Notes under the pieces: generated by a model | The model's input: the letters and a program-made list of their open reading frames with translations, nothing else | Database searches by the model: none | Told to the model about the DNA's origin: nothing | From: Phoronis australis | Taxonomy: Eukaryota > Animalia > Phoronida | NCBI GenBank assembly: GCA_002633005.1 | Contig: NMRA01000040.1 | Location: 203,362-267,361 of the forward strand | Direction of reading: 5' to 3' | Length of the DNA: 64,000 nucleotides | Translations under genes and position numbers: made by a program | In this document: one piece after another, positions 28,101 to 43,100 of the stretch | Numbering within the stretch: position 1 is the first letter of the stretch | Layout: every line of letters starts with the position of its first letter

Positions 28101-31100
28101 TGTAAAGAATCTGGAAAATTCATCAAAAAATCTTAAAGGTGGACTGTGACTTGTGTTTCAACCATGACTACAAATATTTGGTGTACACTAAAATAAAGTT
28201 GGTTTCTCCTCGCGTAACTGACAGTAAAATATATTTGCAACTGAAGCGACTTGATTTTGTATTCTGAAAAAAGAATTATTTTTCTTAGTTGCAATAAAAT
28301 AACTGCCCCTATAATGAAAAATGGGAAAATGAAAATATTTATCTGCCAACCTTCCCATCTCCGAGAAGTAATAATAGAAGAAATAATATTATAATTAAGT
28401 TACATTATTGTTATGACTGAGAAACATGTCTTGGGATTATTGTTAGATGAGATTTATTTTAGTGAATTCGTTTTGATCAGAGCTGTAAAACTGAAAATCA
28501 AGGCCTGTCACTGATAAGTTCACGAGGATTAAAATACTCTGCCATCAAGCGGTCCACTAGCATTGCATTTTGCTGTGACCAATTCCGGGGTGAGGCTGAT
28601 CTCAGAAAGCCACTTTAAGGGCAGCCTTAAATATTGTTTGTACTCATTATGAACATTAATTATCACCAACAGGTTCCAAAGGTGAACCGGGTGACTTTGG
28701 TCTTGATGGTTCACCTGGTGCACCTGGTGAAAAGGGAGATGCTGGTCGAAGTGGTATCAGAGGACCACCTGGTATCAAGGGGGAACGCGTGAGTATCGAG
28801 TCTTTGAGGTTAAAGTTTGTCGCAGACCTAGAGCTACAAGCTGAGAACAGCTTTATAACAAATTTCAATTTGAATGCTGTTGCAGTGATAGAATAAGAAA
28901 ATAAGACTTGCATAACTCGACTTTGTTTGTTGCATTGTATCCTTGATAACTCTGTTGTTGGTTATTCTGTTGTTAGTAGTAATAGTGCGTTATAGCAGTT
29001 GCCTTAGATGGGTGGAGTCATGAAACGGTGCGAGGTAAACAAGATGAATGTGTGACTGAGATGAATGGAAATGCTATCTCGCTCGAAAACTCAGTCAAAA
29101 TATCGGGGTACTACAGCTTTTAACACTGTGATTAGCTGACAAAAAGGAAATATCCTAACACTACGGTAGCTACGAAGGGCCATCACGAAACACAAAAAAT
29201 ATATGGTGGGCTGAAATGGCCACCAGAATTAACGCGAACGATACTAATGCATCGCATTTATTTAACAAATGCTCCGTTTCCAGACAGCCTGTTCGACTAT
29301 GAAACAAAAATGACTTGGGATGTGCAACAGTGAACAGTAGCTGTAAGATTTTTAAATCGATTTCAGTGGAACATAACTTAAGCAGAGGATTAGTATGTTA
29401 CACCATTTACGGTCAATTTGTATCTGTAACAATGGTTTGTCAACAGGGAGCCATGGGCGAGGCAGGTTTGGATGGCCTGCCTGGACCACGAGGATTCCCC
29501 GGCCCTGACGGTCCCAAGGGATTCCCTGGTTTTGGCCAACCTGGAGAGAAGGGAGGTAGAGGTCGCGATGGGCAAGATGGAAGACCAGGTCGTGAGGGAC
29601 AACCAGGAATAAAAGGCCAGCCAGGTAGGCTTTTGGTCAGTCGAAGTCAGGTAGGCTTATGACTGAATTTTTACGTCGATCTTCAGCCTGGTTGTTGAAG
29701 GAAATTATTTTTAGTCTGGCAAACATACTTTGTCGGTGATATTCAGGGAGATTGTGAGAAAGTTCTATTACAGTAAATTCTTGCCAATTTAGGACACAAG
29801 TAGCAATCTTTGACTCTAGTACGATTTATTGCTGCTCTTGCCATTTCAAGTTATACAAGCAAGATTTCATCTCTCAGGTGATCTTCTTGTTTTAACACTG
29901 ACCTGTTTAAAGTGACCTTCATGAGAGGAAGCTATTGTTTTCAAGTATTTGCTTGTCTAAATGTTTAACTTTCAATTCATTTAAAGCCTTCAACGGAATT
30001 TTGTAATTTTAGATGTATTGGGCTAACCAGACAGTCCCAGAAAAGCCTTAGTAAAACAAGAAAACGCGAGTTCAGTCACACAAATATAAGCCTGTCAAAT
30101 GATAAGTGAAGCTGCCTTTTCATGCCATGTTTCGTCACCGCGAGATCCCAGCACAAACAACAAAAAGTTGTATTGAATAAGGGTCTGAATAGAACACTAT
30201 TGCGTGCGGGTATTATTCGCAGCTGTTTGAATTAAAGGTGATTCTCGGGGTGATGTAAACAAAAGCAAGCTAATACGCGTTACATTTGCTAATTTATGGC
30301 ACTAGTGGGCTCAGAGCAATGCCCTTAACATACTGTAGGAACCAAATTTACAGGTGTTACCATGGAAGGACCTAATATGAGTAGTCCTTGCATTCAGCCA
30401 CATATTTTTAAAACCATGAGGTACAAGTCTGTAGAAGTATGTATGTAGACAGCCTGCAATATTTGATTTTTAACCTTATGCCTATCTGCTAATGATTGGG
30501 TCACTTAACTGGCATGTCTTTTTTGTAAAATTTAGCAAAAACGATGAAATCTCAAATTGAAATGCTGTATCTTTTATGCTTTTCGTGAAAAAATATATTT
30601 TAAGTTGCATGAAACAAAAACGAAAATAGGAAATTGTAGCAGCTATTTTGAGGTCTCATCCTGAATATTTATATCGAACAAAATTCGTTTTGGTATCAAT
30701 GTACCTCTCTTTTTTCTAAATTTCACTAAGAAACTTGGTCAAGTAACCCAATTAATGCCAGATAGGTAAAAAGTCAAAAATCAAATTCTACAGACTTTCT
30801 ACTTTCAGAAAATATATACCTTTTTCAGTTAAAATCTAGTTTATGTGTACATTTTTGGCTAAATATGCAGTCTTGTCAGTAGTCTTACATATCCTTCTAG
30901 TACATTTTGGTGGAGATGCATCAATTTGACCGTACACATTTTTCACCCAGTGACATGTGCTACTTTCCATTTTGCATATGGGTAGCCATCTTATTGTGGA
31001 AAACCTGTAATACTTTCATATGTGCATCTTGGAGCACTCGGACTAAGCAATATCATGCAGTAATAGTATTAGGAGTCCCAAAGAATCATGAATAGGCTTT

Positions 31101-34100
31101 ATGGTACAAAGCAGGATTCATTAGTTAAATGTTCACCTTTGCTTGACACTGATGTATGCATCACAGTAACACTGTTAATTCCCCTGGGGTCCTTGCGCTC
31201 AGACATTCTATGTTTTTTCTCAGGTGAATTAGTTGATTTACCCTCAAAGGGAGATCGTGGTGAACCTGGCCGAGATGGTTTGCCTGGAATACCTGGTTTG
31301 GATGGCGTTAACGGTGAAAAGGGTCAACCAGGTGAGTTGGATCGATAGTATATTTCTATTGTGGCAATGTCATGTCGATAAATCATAATTTCTGTTACAC
31401 GAATATGTCGCGGACGTTCCTACTGAAATCTCTGCATACAAATTCTTGACAAATTTTTAGCGATGTTGGTGCTTTTGAAAAATTCTAATTGTGATTTTTT
31501 ATCAAACCTCGTTAATAATGTTGTATTGTTACCTTAGTGATTGTTACTTTTACGACTTTTTGATGTTCTTGATGTCAACTGTTTACTATTTCTTGCATGA
31601 AGACTACTGGTGTTTAACTTTGTAAGTGCTTTCTATGTACAGGCTTTCCTGGGAATCCAGGTCCCGAAGGCTTTCCAGGACAAAAAGGAGACGATGGACA
31701 ACCAGGATTGCCAGGAGTAGGACGCCCAGGTAAGGCTTTCCAGCAACAAAGCAGGTATTTTCAAACAACTTAAAGTCTAAAAATAAGTCAGTTTTCACAA
31801 ATTTTGTTTCATTGTCTTTGATGAAAGTGATGAGTTTGTTGTATTCATCACAAAGTGTGATTTTTATCCTTTTCCTGCGAGACGCTACATGTTATCCTTG
31901 TTACACCATCTTCAGTTAACCGATGATTGACAGGTAAGGTTGGTATCCAAACCAGGCAAATCGTTTGAAGTAAACAAGTTATGTAACTGCATCACTGACG
32001 CACTGCTTTGTTTCACTTCTATTTGTAATGAGTGCTGGGTCAACCTTTATCTGGCCATCGTTCACTTGAAGAAGAGGTAAGAGCTTAAATTAAAATTACC
32101 CTGAAAAATCACGGTGGACAGTCCGTAAAGCCCAACTTGCAGTAGGACTAAAGCATAAAAGCACAAGATCTCGATATTTCCTGTGTTCACTTTTCACCTC
32201 AGTCTTGAGATAATCACTTAGTTTCAAAACCATGCAACAAATTTCAAAATCAACAATACCCTATGTTCTGGCCACTTTCCCAACAGGGAACATTACCGAT
32301 TCATTCACAGTTTTACTAACATCGTATTTTTATTGGCTTAGAAAACATTCGCTCTCAAATTTTCAGTTTTCATTGGCTAAAAATATGCCCATATCAACTG
32401 CCACAAAAGGTCATCTCGTTGCCTTGGTGGCTGGTAGTCGAGGAATTTGCAATCATTCGCACATCATCACATCATGACAAAATGAAAACAACAGCCACGC
32501 GGGCATCCTATCAGTTGTAAACTTACTGACAGAAGTTCACAGTTTCCGGGCCTGTAGATGATATTCTATAGGAGTGCCTGACCTTGTCACTGTCTTCGTA
32601 GTGGCCGTCGCTGCTGTGCGAGAACATGCATTTTTCTTCCACAAACCTTTGTTAGTACTAAAAAATGTGTCACTGGAACTTTGGTTGTGGCTGTATTGTA
32701 TAGGATCTAAAGATATTTGGCTGCAAAGTACAATTCTAAAGATACGGTAGCTTTTTCATTGATGTCACGACGAGGATTTGTGACTTCAGACACTGAACTG
32801 CCGATAAGCTCTGCCCGGGGCCTGTTTAAGGGAAATAAGCCTGACAAATTCGGACCCTTTACATCAGAGTTGTTTGATGTGCATTTCAACACTGTTGGTC
32901 AATAGCAAGAACATTGAAACCAAAAATCATCATAATCCCTACTCACAACATTACCAAAATACCACCTGTTGATAAAACTTCAGCAGCAACACAACCAAAC
33001 ACCAGTGCTATCATGGCTCTGTGCAACAGAGTAAACCATCCATTGCCACCTCCACCAGCACCCAACAGCACAACACATGTGCGCCATAAAGACAGTCCTT
33101 GTATTCCAATGCCTTCAGGTGAAACAATGGCCTAGTCATTCATGTGTCATCTTTTCCTTTCGTTCCATAGGTTTTCCTGGTCAACGGGGTGACAAGGGCC
33201 AGCCTGGTGAACGTGGTCGACCTGGCGACCCCGGTCTTGATGGCTTGCCTGGTGCGAATGGTATCCAAGGTCCCCCTGGTGAGTACACGCTGTGCCATCT
33301 CTTCTAAGCATATCTGGTTTGCTAGCTGTTATTAATATTTTCTAATTTTATACACTCACGCATTACTCCGCCTGTGCGTCCAGCGGCTGGTGCTGTATCT
33401 CTTAAATCCCTTGCAGGATTTTGGCAGATGTTTTCCTATGAAGCTGACGAGGGATGATGAGAAATTTTGGACTGGCAATCCGCCGCTATGAAAATTGGTA
33501 GACGATCATGTTTCTGATTAGAAGGCTGTGACTTTTAATTTTCAGACATGTTTGACTACTTTTGACACCCTTTAGTGATAATTTTGTTTTTGTGTCTATG
33601 GCTGTATCTCTTTAACCCTTTGTAGGGTCTTTGTGAAATTTGGCAGGTGTGTTCCTATAGAGCTGACAGAAGATGACGATGAGTTTCGGACCAGTCTGTT
33701 TACCGCTGTGCCCTCTAGCGGCACTTTTATTTTTTGTGTTTACCTGTGTGTCTTCAGAGTTCATGGGCGGATTTTTTGTGAAGTTTGGCAAATAGGTTTG
33801 TTTTAAGAAGGTGCTGTTCCATTTTCGAATGATTTCAATTATTGTATTTTTGTACCACTTAGTGATCATTTTTAGTTTTTCAAGTCTGATTAATCACCAG
33901 GAATTCGGAAATACATGGTATATCGGTTGAAATTAAATTTTCTATTTTAGCTAAAACTTTCCATTTCTGTCACGTTATTATGTCGCACGTATTGCAGAAG
34001 TCTCTCTTCCAATGCTGTTGTTTGTACTCAAGTACCAGTTAAGAGTTTATGTATAATTTCAGGATCAAAGGGTGACGTAGGTCCGGGTATGTTTGCCAAA

Positions 34101-37100
34101 GGAGTTAAAGGCTTAAGGGGACCACCAGGTGAAAAGGGTAGTGAAGGATCCCCTGGTCTCGACGGATTGCCAGGTGATATTATGTTAGGACTACCTTTTA
34201 GTGCGTACATGCACCAGTGTTGATATGTGTCAAACATTTGCACTGCTGTTGTTTGTGATAGATATATGGTGTTGTAATTTGATCTTTTTTGTTTAAATTT
34301 GTTTTGTTTTGTTGTCATCAAAACAACAAAATGAAATGCTTTAAGTATCTTTCATTAGTAAATGGTGAAAGAACTTTCTGAATGCGGTGTATCGTTTCCG
34401 CTGGGTCTTTGACAAGTCTAGTCAGGAATTATTATGTAAGGTTCGTGTCTTTTGACATCAACGCATAAATATTTTCATTTAGTTAGCTCAGGCAAGCGGG
34501 CATATTAAAAGTTTATTGTAATTTATGCCAGATGCGGAGTAGCTGATTAAAACTAACGTCAGCAACCAAAACAATCTTAGCACTATGGATCTGACATGTT
34601 AGGAAAATACAGACCCCAGTTGTGAAATTTAGTTCTCTAATCACAAAATGTACCGTGGTAGCAGAGAAATCATCCATGTTAAAATAACGACCCTCAAAAA
34701 ATCGAATGGCATTGAAAAAGAACAAGTTCCTCCAAATAGACCCCATCAACTTGAAACGTTGCGAGTCGCTTGACCCATTGCTAGGCTTTTTCTAAAGTGA
34801 TCCCTGGGGATCGTGTGATGGATAAAATTTCAGGCCATGTGGAAAGTTACTTGTTGCTCTTCTTTTCTTAGGTGTGTGCTGAAATTTGAGTCAGTGACTT
34901 GTCATCACTAATTTTTGCTTCGAACAAGTGACAATTTTTTTCAATTTAGGTTTCTTTATATTGTCAGATTCAATTACTAACTGAATTTTGAGCTCTTTAG
35001 TAGTTCCAGCTATGACTGAGCAAAGCCATGCAGTCTAAGTCATTTCATGTATGGAGATGGTAACTGGTCTACATAGTGGCTTAGAATTCTGCGTTGACTT
35101 GTGAAATTGATGTGCAAGGTCAGTGAAAGCAGTTCTTTGTGAACTCTGCTTTTAATCATACAACTGTCACAGTTGGATTGTGTAAGTAAACACAACTTAA
35201 CAAAGGGTTTATGAATCTGGCAGAGAAAATAATTGTTTTATTACCCCCTATGGATTCTCAGTAACCTAGACTCAGAATGGCTAAAGCAGTGCTGGGGTTG
35301 CTTTCACAGTTTTATTAACCGTGTGAATTTGGCTTGAATGAAATGACACTGTGACTATGACTATTTCAGGTGAAATTGGAGTTCCAGGTCTCCCAGGCAC
35401 GTCTGGACCACCCGGGCTACCTGGCTTCGATGGGCAATCAGGCGAGAAAGGCGACCAGGGACAACCTGGATTTTCTGGCAGACCAGGATTGAGGGGATAC
35501 GATGGCCCTGCAGGCCAAGATGGAAGGCCAGGTAACTTCAATCGTCATTTGGCTGCTGTACTTCTCATAACTAATGTCCATGTTAGCCCACAATTTTTTT
35601 AAATTTTCACTTGTTTAGCTCACGCCCACTCATAACGTGAATTGGCCGTGATGCAAACTCAGTGACTACAAACTGGACACGTCTGTATAACCGATTTGAA
35701 TAAGACATTACCCACTCACGCTGTTTGGGTTGTTGTACTGACAAAGAAAATGAACATCTTGTTTCATAAAGAAACTCATTTGAACACTTCAGCCTTATGT
35801 GTACGTGGGTGAAATCACGTCATCTGCCGATCAAAGAGATGTGGTTTACCCTGGAATTTCAACCGACACGAGTGGGTTACTCATGCATTTTGGACTTGGT
35901 TGGTGTAACTAGTCCGTGTAGTGGCATTGGGAATTTTGGGGATGGTTGTAAATCATAGATGCCATTCATACGTTTGAAATCGACATGCAAGGCCAGTGAA
36001 ACTAATTCTTTGTGAACCCAGCTATTAGTCATACAACTCCCCCTGTTGGATTGTGTAAGTAAACACAGCTTAACAAAGGGTTCATGATCCTAGCTGAGAA
36101 GATAATTGTTATTACTCCCTACGAGTTTTGAATAGCCAAGCCCAGAATGTGAAGTTCCATCGTGATATAATAGCGTTATGTTGCGAGTTCCATTAATTAG
36201 AGGGGCCCCTCCCCATTACTAAGTCCTCAGTCTATAGAGAATTTCAGCTCACAAAATGCACATAATTCGCTTTCCCCGTGTCTAAGAGAAGCTATCATAA
36301 ATCAAACTTCTGTGGTTTTTTGCAAAAAAATTCCATAGAACGCAACAAATTGATGATTTATAAAACTGTAACAAGATTTTCGAGATTTCATCTCGAACAT
36401 TTATGTCCAACGAAATTTGGTTTTGTTATTGATACTGTTGTTTTGCTATCGATGTACCTTGAAGTTTCTTTTTTGCCTAAAAAACCTGGTTACATTTCTC
36501 AGATAATGGCAGATTGATAAAAAGTCAAAAAAGTTTAATTCTACAGATTTCATACTTCTGAAAATACTTCCTCCATTATACTATATACTTTTTCAGATGT
36601 TTGACTAAATACATAGACTTGTCAATAACGTCCTACTTGACCTTGACCTTTTGGGAAAAGTTTTGTGACATCTGACTTGACCTCAGAAATTTAAAACTAA
36701 AACTTTTAGCAAATTTTCCTCGTTGATGAAATATTGCATTTTACAATGCTTGGTCAATTTTCATTGCACAAAGTTTTCAACAAAACGGTCCCTTGAGTTC
36801 TTGTAAATCTGCCTTAAATGTCCAAGTAGTAGTACCTTTTTCCAAAATCCACATTGTTTCAATCATGTTCCTATTGAAAATTTCTGTTGCATCATTTAGG
36901 TCAGCCTGGTTTAAAAGGAATACGAGGCTTTCCCGGCATAGATGGTGCGGCTGGTGATAAGGGAGATGTTGGACCACCAGGCTTGAAGGGTGAAGATGGT
37001 CGTCCAGGTCGAAATGGACTTCCTGGTCCCGACGGTCAACCGGGACTTGACGGACTTCCAGGCTCGGCGGGTAATGATGGCTGATTTGGGTAGTGATTGT

Positions 37101-40100
37101 GGTAAAATATTGACCAATGAAATGCTTGTTTACGTGGCTTAGCATTGTGTGTTATAGTCTGCTTTAATGGAAGTCATTTGCAGATATCAAGAGCGGAATT
37201 TTTGAGATGAATGTTCCAAGGAATTTGATTGCATCCCCGTCTTGATAATGTAATCCATAGGTGGCCTGTCCTTGGTCATACAACTGTTGTAAACTCATGA
37301 AAGTTTTCATAAGAGACTGAAATAAAAGTTCTCATTTTGCCAATGACATCCCAAATTCATGTATTCAATTAAGCTTGACATCAATCAGAAGCAGAACTTT
37401 TTGTATGTCTATGTTTTGTTGGTAAAATAACTGAGGAAATTGAACATTTTGGAAAACTTGAACATTTGAGATAAGAATTCATGGAAATTTCTATAATATA
37501 AATAAAAAACTGGTTTTGCAAGTCTTTTCGTAAGATAATGCGTTCAAATATGCTTGGCAACAATCATTAGGAAAATTTTCTTCTTGTCCACATTTTGTGG
37601 GAAATTGCCCCGAAGAAAGCAAAGATTGTGTCTGGCCTGGAAAACCCAAGAAATGTCAATAGGAGTGGTTATTGCACTTTAGCATTGTCTGTATTGTTTT
37701 TGTATGTCTGTTGTGCAGTTTTCATGATGTCTCCTGATGTTCATTGGTGCAATGAATTGCAAGAACTCTCTGAGTAAACTCTCATCAATCTGATATTTAG
37801 GATCGAAGGGAGAACAAGGCGATCCTGGATTCCCTGGTGAACCAGGCCGTTCAGGATCAGATGGAAAACCAGGGCTGAATGGAGCAAAGGGAGAACGTGG
37901 GTTTCCCGGTCAAAATGGACTGAGGGGCCTAGATGGATTACCAGGTAAACCTCTATTTAGTGTGCTAATTGTATTAAGTTTATTTGTACCCCATATGTCG
38001 TATATTGTTATTTGACGATATCTCGCATCATATGGTATGAACTTGAAAGTAGTCGTCATTTCACTCGACCATAAAATTACCTTGCTCACATGACACTGGC
38101 ATATGACAAAATGTGAATTATGGTATTACCATGTAGAAAATGGATACCAGACAAAGAGCTGCACCCATTAAGGCTCCAAAGCATAATGTTTTTTAATAGA
38201 TATTCTTATTGGTCTTTTAAGTGATTTACCTTTTTCTACATCGTCTTATTTTACCCAGTCTCGACATACATCATTTTTAACCCTGCTTCTCATGAACAAA
38301 AGGGTGCTGCTCAGTAAACAGAATAACATGTTTATTATGGATGGATTACTGTAAAATCAGTTGCATTCTAGTTTGTCCGTAAGTCCATTTAGGCGCAACA
38401 ACTTTCATTTGACGTGGTGGGTCTCACGGAAAAACAGTTCACAATGGCGATAGATAACAGAAATAACATTTCTTCTTAATTAACTCCAACCGTCATGTCC
38501 CACAAAATTCGAGATTGTCATAATTGCTGTCTGCAGGTTCTGATGGTGACCGAGGTTTGCCTGGTACTCGTGGTGATAAAGGTGAGCCAGGCTTTGCTGG
38601 CAGGCCTGGACCCAAGGGATCAACTGGTGCCGTAGGTTTGGACGGCTTACCTGGTGCACCTGGTGAAAAAGGTAGGCTTTTCATTGTTTTTCATTTTAGG
38701 TTCTCATGTTAGAGGGATTATTTGTTATTGAGGACAGGATCAGGGAACAGAAACAGGTAGCGAACTGTGTTTGCTAGAATTCACAATTGCTGGTCATTTG
38801 GTAAGACCTGCTAGTGAGTATTTTACTACAGTCTCCTTTCAAACCTTTGTAATGAATCAATGGGAACAAAAAAAGTCAAATGTTTGGTTACTACACGGTC
38901 ATGTGAAGATAACACACGTACTGCTGAGTTACTGGTTTTAAGGTTATCTCAAACCTTCATTAGTGGCCTCCATTCTAACTCGTACATCAAAAAAGGTTTT
39001 GTCAACTAATAAAAATGTGTATTTTCAGCAAGAATTGTAATATTTTATATTAATGTGTTATTATTATAACATTGACACCTTTTTTTAAGTCAAACTTTCA
39101 TTTTTCAGAACTAAGGTACATTCGTACCAAAATAATCCATCAGTTGATTTTGATAAAACCTTTTTTAAATGGAAACTTCACTAGTTACCTCAAAAACCCT
39201 GTTAGGAATTTTTGAATAGTAAAACTTAGGTATTTTTGTAAAATATAGCTCATGTATTCGATATTCTCGTGTTTGTTACATTACGCAAAAACTGTGCCTT
39301 TTAAAGCGAAAATCCAACAGTGTTTTTGAGATTTGTGAATAGATATTAAGTTTTGAAAGTTTTAACGAAATCCACCTAGCCGTTTTTCGAGAACCCTTGT
39401 TTCTAAGTTAGATTTGCCAAAGCCAAGAAAAAACAGATTAAGTTGGGAGATGTGAAAATCTCAGGGTCTTCGGTTCATCGTTGAAAACTCATTTTCGGTA
39501 AATATAACCTAAACATGCCATAACCATGTTCGCTATTTCAGCATTAACTCACAGTGTCAGCTGAATTTGAAGTGCATAATTAACGTAATTATCACTTAGA
39601 CATTAATTTTGTGACCATATCTAGTCCGACAAGCGGGGTCAACTGTTGACCTTAAAAGTGAAGTACAAAATCACATTAACTATATCCACTGCATAAATAT
39701 TCCTTAGTTGTCCAGACTAACTCCCAATTGCTTAATTGTTAAATGCTTATTACACAAATTTTCTCTTTTAACCTCCCATTTTTGGCTTTGTGCTGGCACC
39801 CCAAATTGATACGATCGAAACTTCCTTAACTATGCCACTGTCCTAATTTAAGAACGGCTGTCTCACAAGAATTTTTTTCCGAAAATGTACACACCTCGCT
39901 TACCTTTCAAGTTGAACGAACAGACTCGTTTCAGCGGCAGCGAGCCATATTTGGACAGAATAATACCCACCTGGGAGATGAAATGGTACTTTGGTCTCTT
40001 GCAAATGAATTCCTATAATATTATTTTACTTGTGTGCTAAAAATGAGGAAAGAGTTAGTCTGAGCAAACGGACTGACCCAAATTCTCATAAATCAGTTTT

Positions 40101-43100
40101 TAATGACCTGATTTTTTAAGTTTTTGATGTAAGCGACCTCTGTTTTAATTCCCCTGCTCATGATGCATACATGTATCTCGTCACAGTATAGTCACAGAAG
40201 TTGTGATCCAGACAAAGTCACATATTCTACGTCACAATCAGACGCGGCTTCCAACAAACCCACTGTACTGTTACTGTCACAGTAATTATTGGGTTTTCCA
40301 ATCCAGGTGAATCAGGTAGCGCAGGTGCGCCAGGCGAGCCAGGTAGAGATGGTGACGGCCCGGTAGGTGAACGAGGTGCCCCAGGTGAAGATGGACTCAA
40401 TGGCTTGCCTGGAGAACCAGGAGTGCCGGGAGAGAAGGGTGCCACTGGGTTGCCTGGATTTCCTGGTCTCGATGGTAACAGGGTACGATATTGGACATTT
40501 TTCAATAATTGCCTTTAGTTTTCATTTGAATTGATCCTGAGCGGGATGATTAATACTTCTTTATTGTTTAGATTTTTTGCAGATTTGTAATTTTTTGTTG
40601 TTTCTTTTTTACTGTTGAATGCCTCTTACCCATTGAGGCTTGAATGGACAGTTATCACTGGTCCTGGGCTTTGACCATGGGCTTCATTTTTTGGGATTAG
40701 AGAACATAGGTTGATGTTACTGATAGCACTACCTACAGTTAAACAAAAAATCCACACACAGTGCAGGCTATTTTTAACACTGGGCTGAAAGACTGAAACT
40801 GTCATTGAAAATTAAGCCTCGCAGGTCTTCAAATGACGAAAATTGGTTAACTGTTACAGTATAAAAGAGAAACTCGTGCAGTGCATCTGCTGCTCCTTTG
40901 TTGAATTAGTCCTTGTGTTCCCTCTTCAGGCGTGCTGGGCCATAATAATAGACTGCTTGACTTGCGTACCTATTACCCCTTGATAGTTCTCATCTTAATA
41001 ATGCTCCCAAAGAATCCAGAGGCTTATCTGATGCTGCATCTTGTGTACTGGCAAATGTTATTTATTGAATGTACTGACAGCCTTGTATTTTGTGTATTAA
41101 TTCACTGATTGTTGTTTGTTTCCATGAACATTGCACTGTGTAAATTATTTGAGCATTTTTACAACCTAGCATTTAAACATTCAAGCTATTAGAGGGACTG
41201 TGGGCACAAGCAATGTTTTCAAAAAACAACTGATTAGAATCAGGGCTCAACATAAGCGAGTAAACACTAAACAATACGAGTTGAAATGGTAAAATGTGAG
41301 TAGAAAATAAACCTAACTCGCATTATTGTATGGGTGCCAAACAGACATAAGTTTTTATTTAGATCTCCACTCTTTTAGCCCAATTCGGGGAATACGAGTG
41401 GCAGGCCGTGTCATCACTTGAGTGGACATTTTCAGCTGTGTTGCACGCTGTGTAAATCAGTAGAAGACTGGCCGTATCCCATGTTAGATTGGATTGTTGG
41501 ATGGTGTCAGCTATGGTTGTATACGTTGCCATGTAAGCTCTTGTGCATCCTTTATTCTTTGTTGTTCCTTGTAACTAAACTGGTCCCCAAATATCAACTT
41601 ATTGTGTTTTTCCCAGGGTAGAGATGGGCAGCCTGGACCGCAGGGTGAGCCAGGTAAAGATGGACCTCCGGGTAATGACGGTCGTCAAGGTCCACCGGGA
41701 TACGATGGGAGCCCAGGTGAAAGAGGTGAGCGAGGACCACCAGGTGAGGACGGGAAACCTGGTCCTCCAGGACGAGATGGTTCACCTGGGTTACCAGGTG
41801 AAAGGGGTGACAGGGGGCCGGCAGGAGAGTATGGATTTAGCGGTCGTGACGGTGATCCAGGTATGTTGGTTTATTAGCTTCAGAAACTTCAGGAGCTGTT
41901 CTGCTTTTGTTAAATCCACACAAGTTACTTGTGGTGAAAGCTTAATAATTTCCAAGTTGTGGTAAAGTTCATTTTAAATAAGGGCTATTTATTCCACGCT
42001 TATCTGCTTTGCCATGAAATCCATACAATAGACACTTACAACTCAGGATGTCATGAATATTGTCTTTGTTCATTTTATGGGGACTATACAATTAATATAT
42101 TGCCGAAGATTTTAAATAATGGTGGATATTGTTCATGCGTCAACATGCATGATGTTGGACAAAAGGCTGCTGGAGGGGACGACATTGGTATTTGGATTTG
42201 AAACCCCTCACCTCACCCACCCCCAAACTGGTAAAGCTCACTGAAGGCATTGCTAAAGTGCTCAGTATTTTACTTTTGGGCTGCCGGGTTATTAGCAGAG
42301 TTAAAAGTTTCTATCCCTGTTTGTTTCCTTTGTGAATTCTTAATAAAATAAAATTACACTGTGTCATGAACTGAAGAAACGTCACTTTCCTATGCTTTTT
42401 GAATATTATAGTTTTTTAAAAATAGCTTGTATTTTCCATGCAAGAAATAAATTGCAATTTTAATTAAATTAGCCTTTTTTTGTTTTTGTATCTGGATTCT
42501 TTTTTGGCTTCGGTCATAACTTTGATGAAGTTGCATGAATTTCAGACCAGTTTCTAAACTTTAGAAAAACAGTAGATCATGTTTGGTCAAAAATAAGTCC
42601 TTGAAAAATTGATATAAAATGCCAACTTTTTTCTTCAGATGAGTTCTTTTTAATTTTTACAGCTATTGTAGTTTTCTGATGACTGTTATCTTTAGGTACA
42701 CCCATTGTATGTATATACCAAATTTTCTCATAAGCAAGTGGTATTAAACTTTACACGGCAAGCTGTTGTCGATTCTAACTTTCTGGGAGTCCTCTCATAC
42801 ACAGGAAAGCAGCATATAGGCACACATTCAATGTAACAGCTGCCTGATATTCATTTCTAAAACGAAGAGATCAAAAACACTTACATAGTTTATGTAATGT
42901 ATATTTAATCCTTGATCTTCGATTGATGAGACAAATTTAAAACAATTGGTGTGAAAAGTTAAAGAAAGATGTGCAAAAGTACAACTCGTAGAGACCCCTA
43001 TTGGATGTTACAGAATACAGACATAAGAGTCCTAAGCATTGATTGTTCAGGCTCAGCTTCTCAAATTTAATGATCAATGCTTCTAACAACTATAAGGCAC

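Noticed and set aside
32890-33135. NUMT hypothesis (hydrophobic minus-strand frame open if TGA=Trp)
   Set aside because: The translation resembles no mitochondrial protein I recognise; a single TGA is weak evidence.
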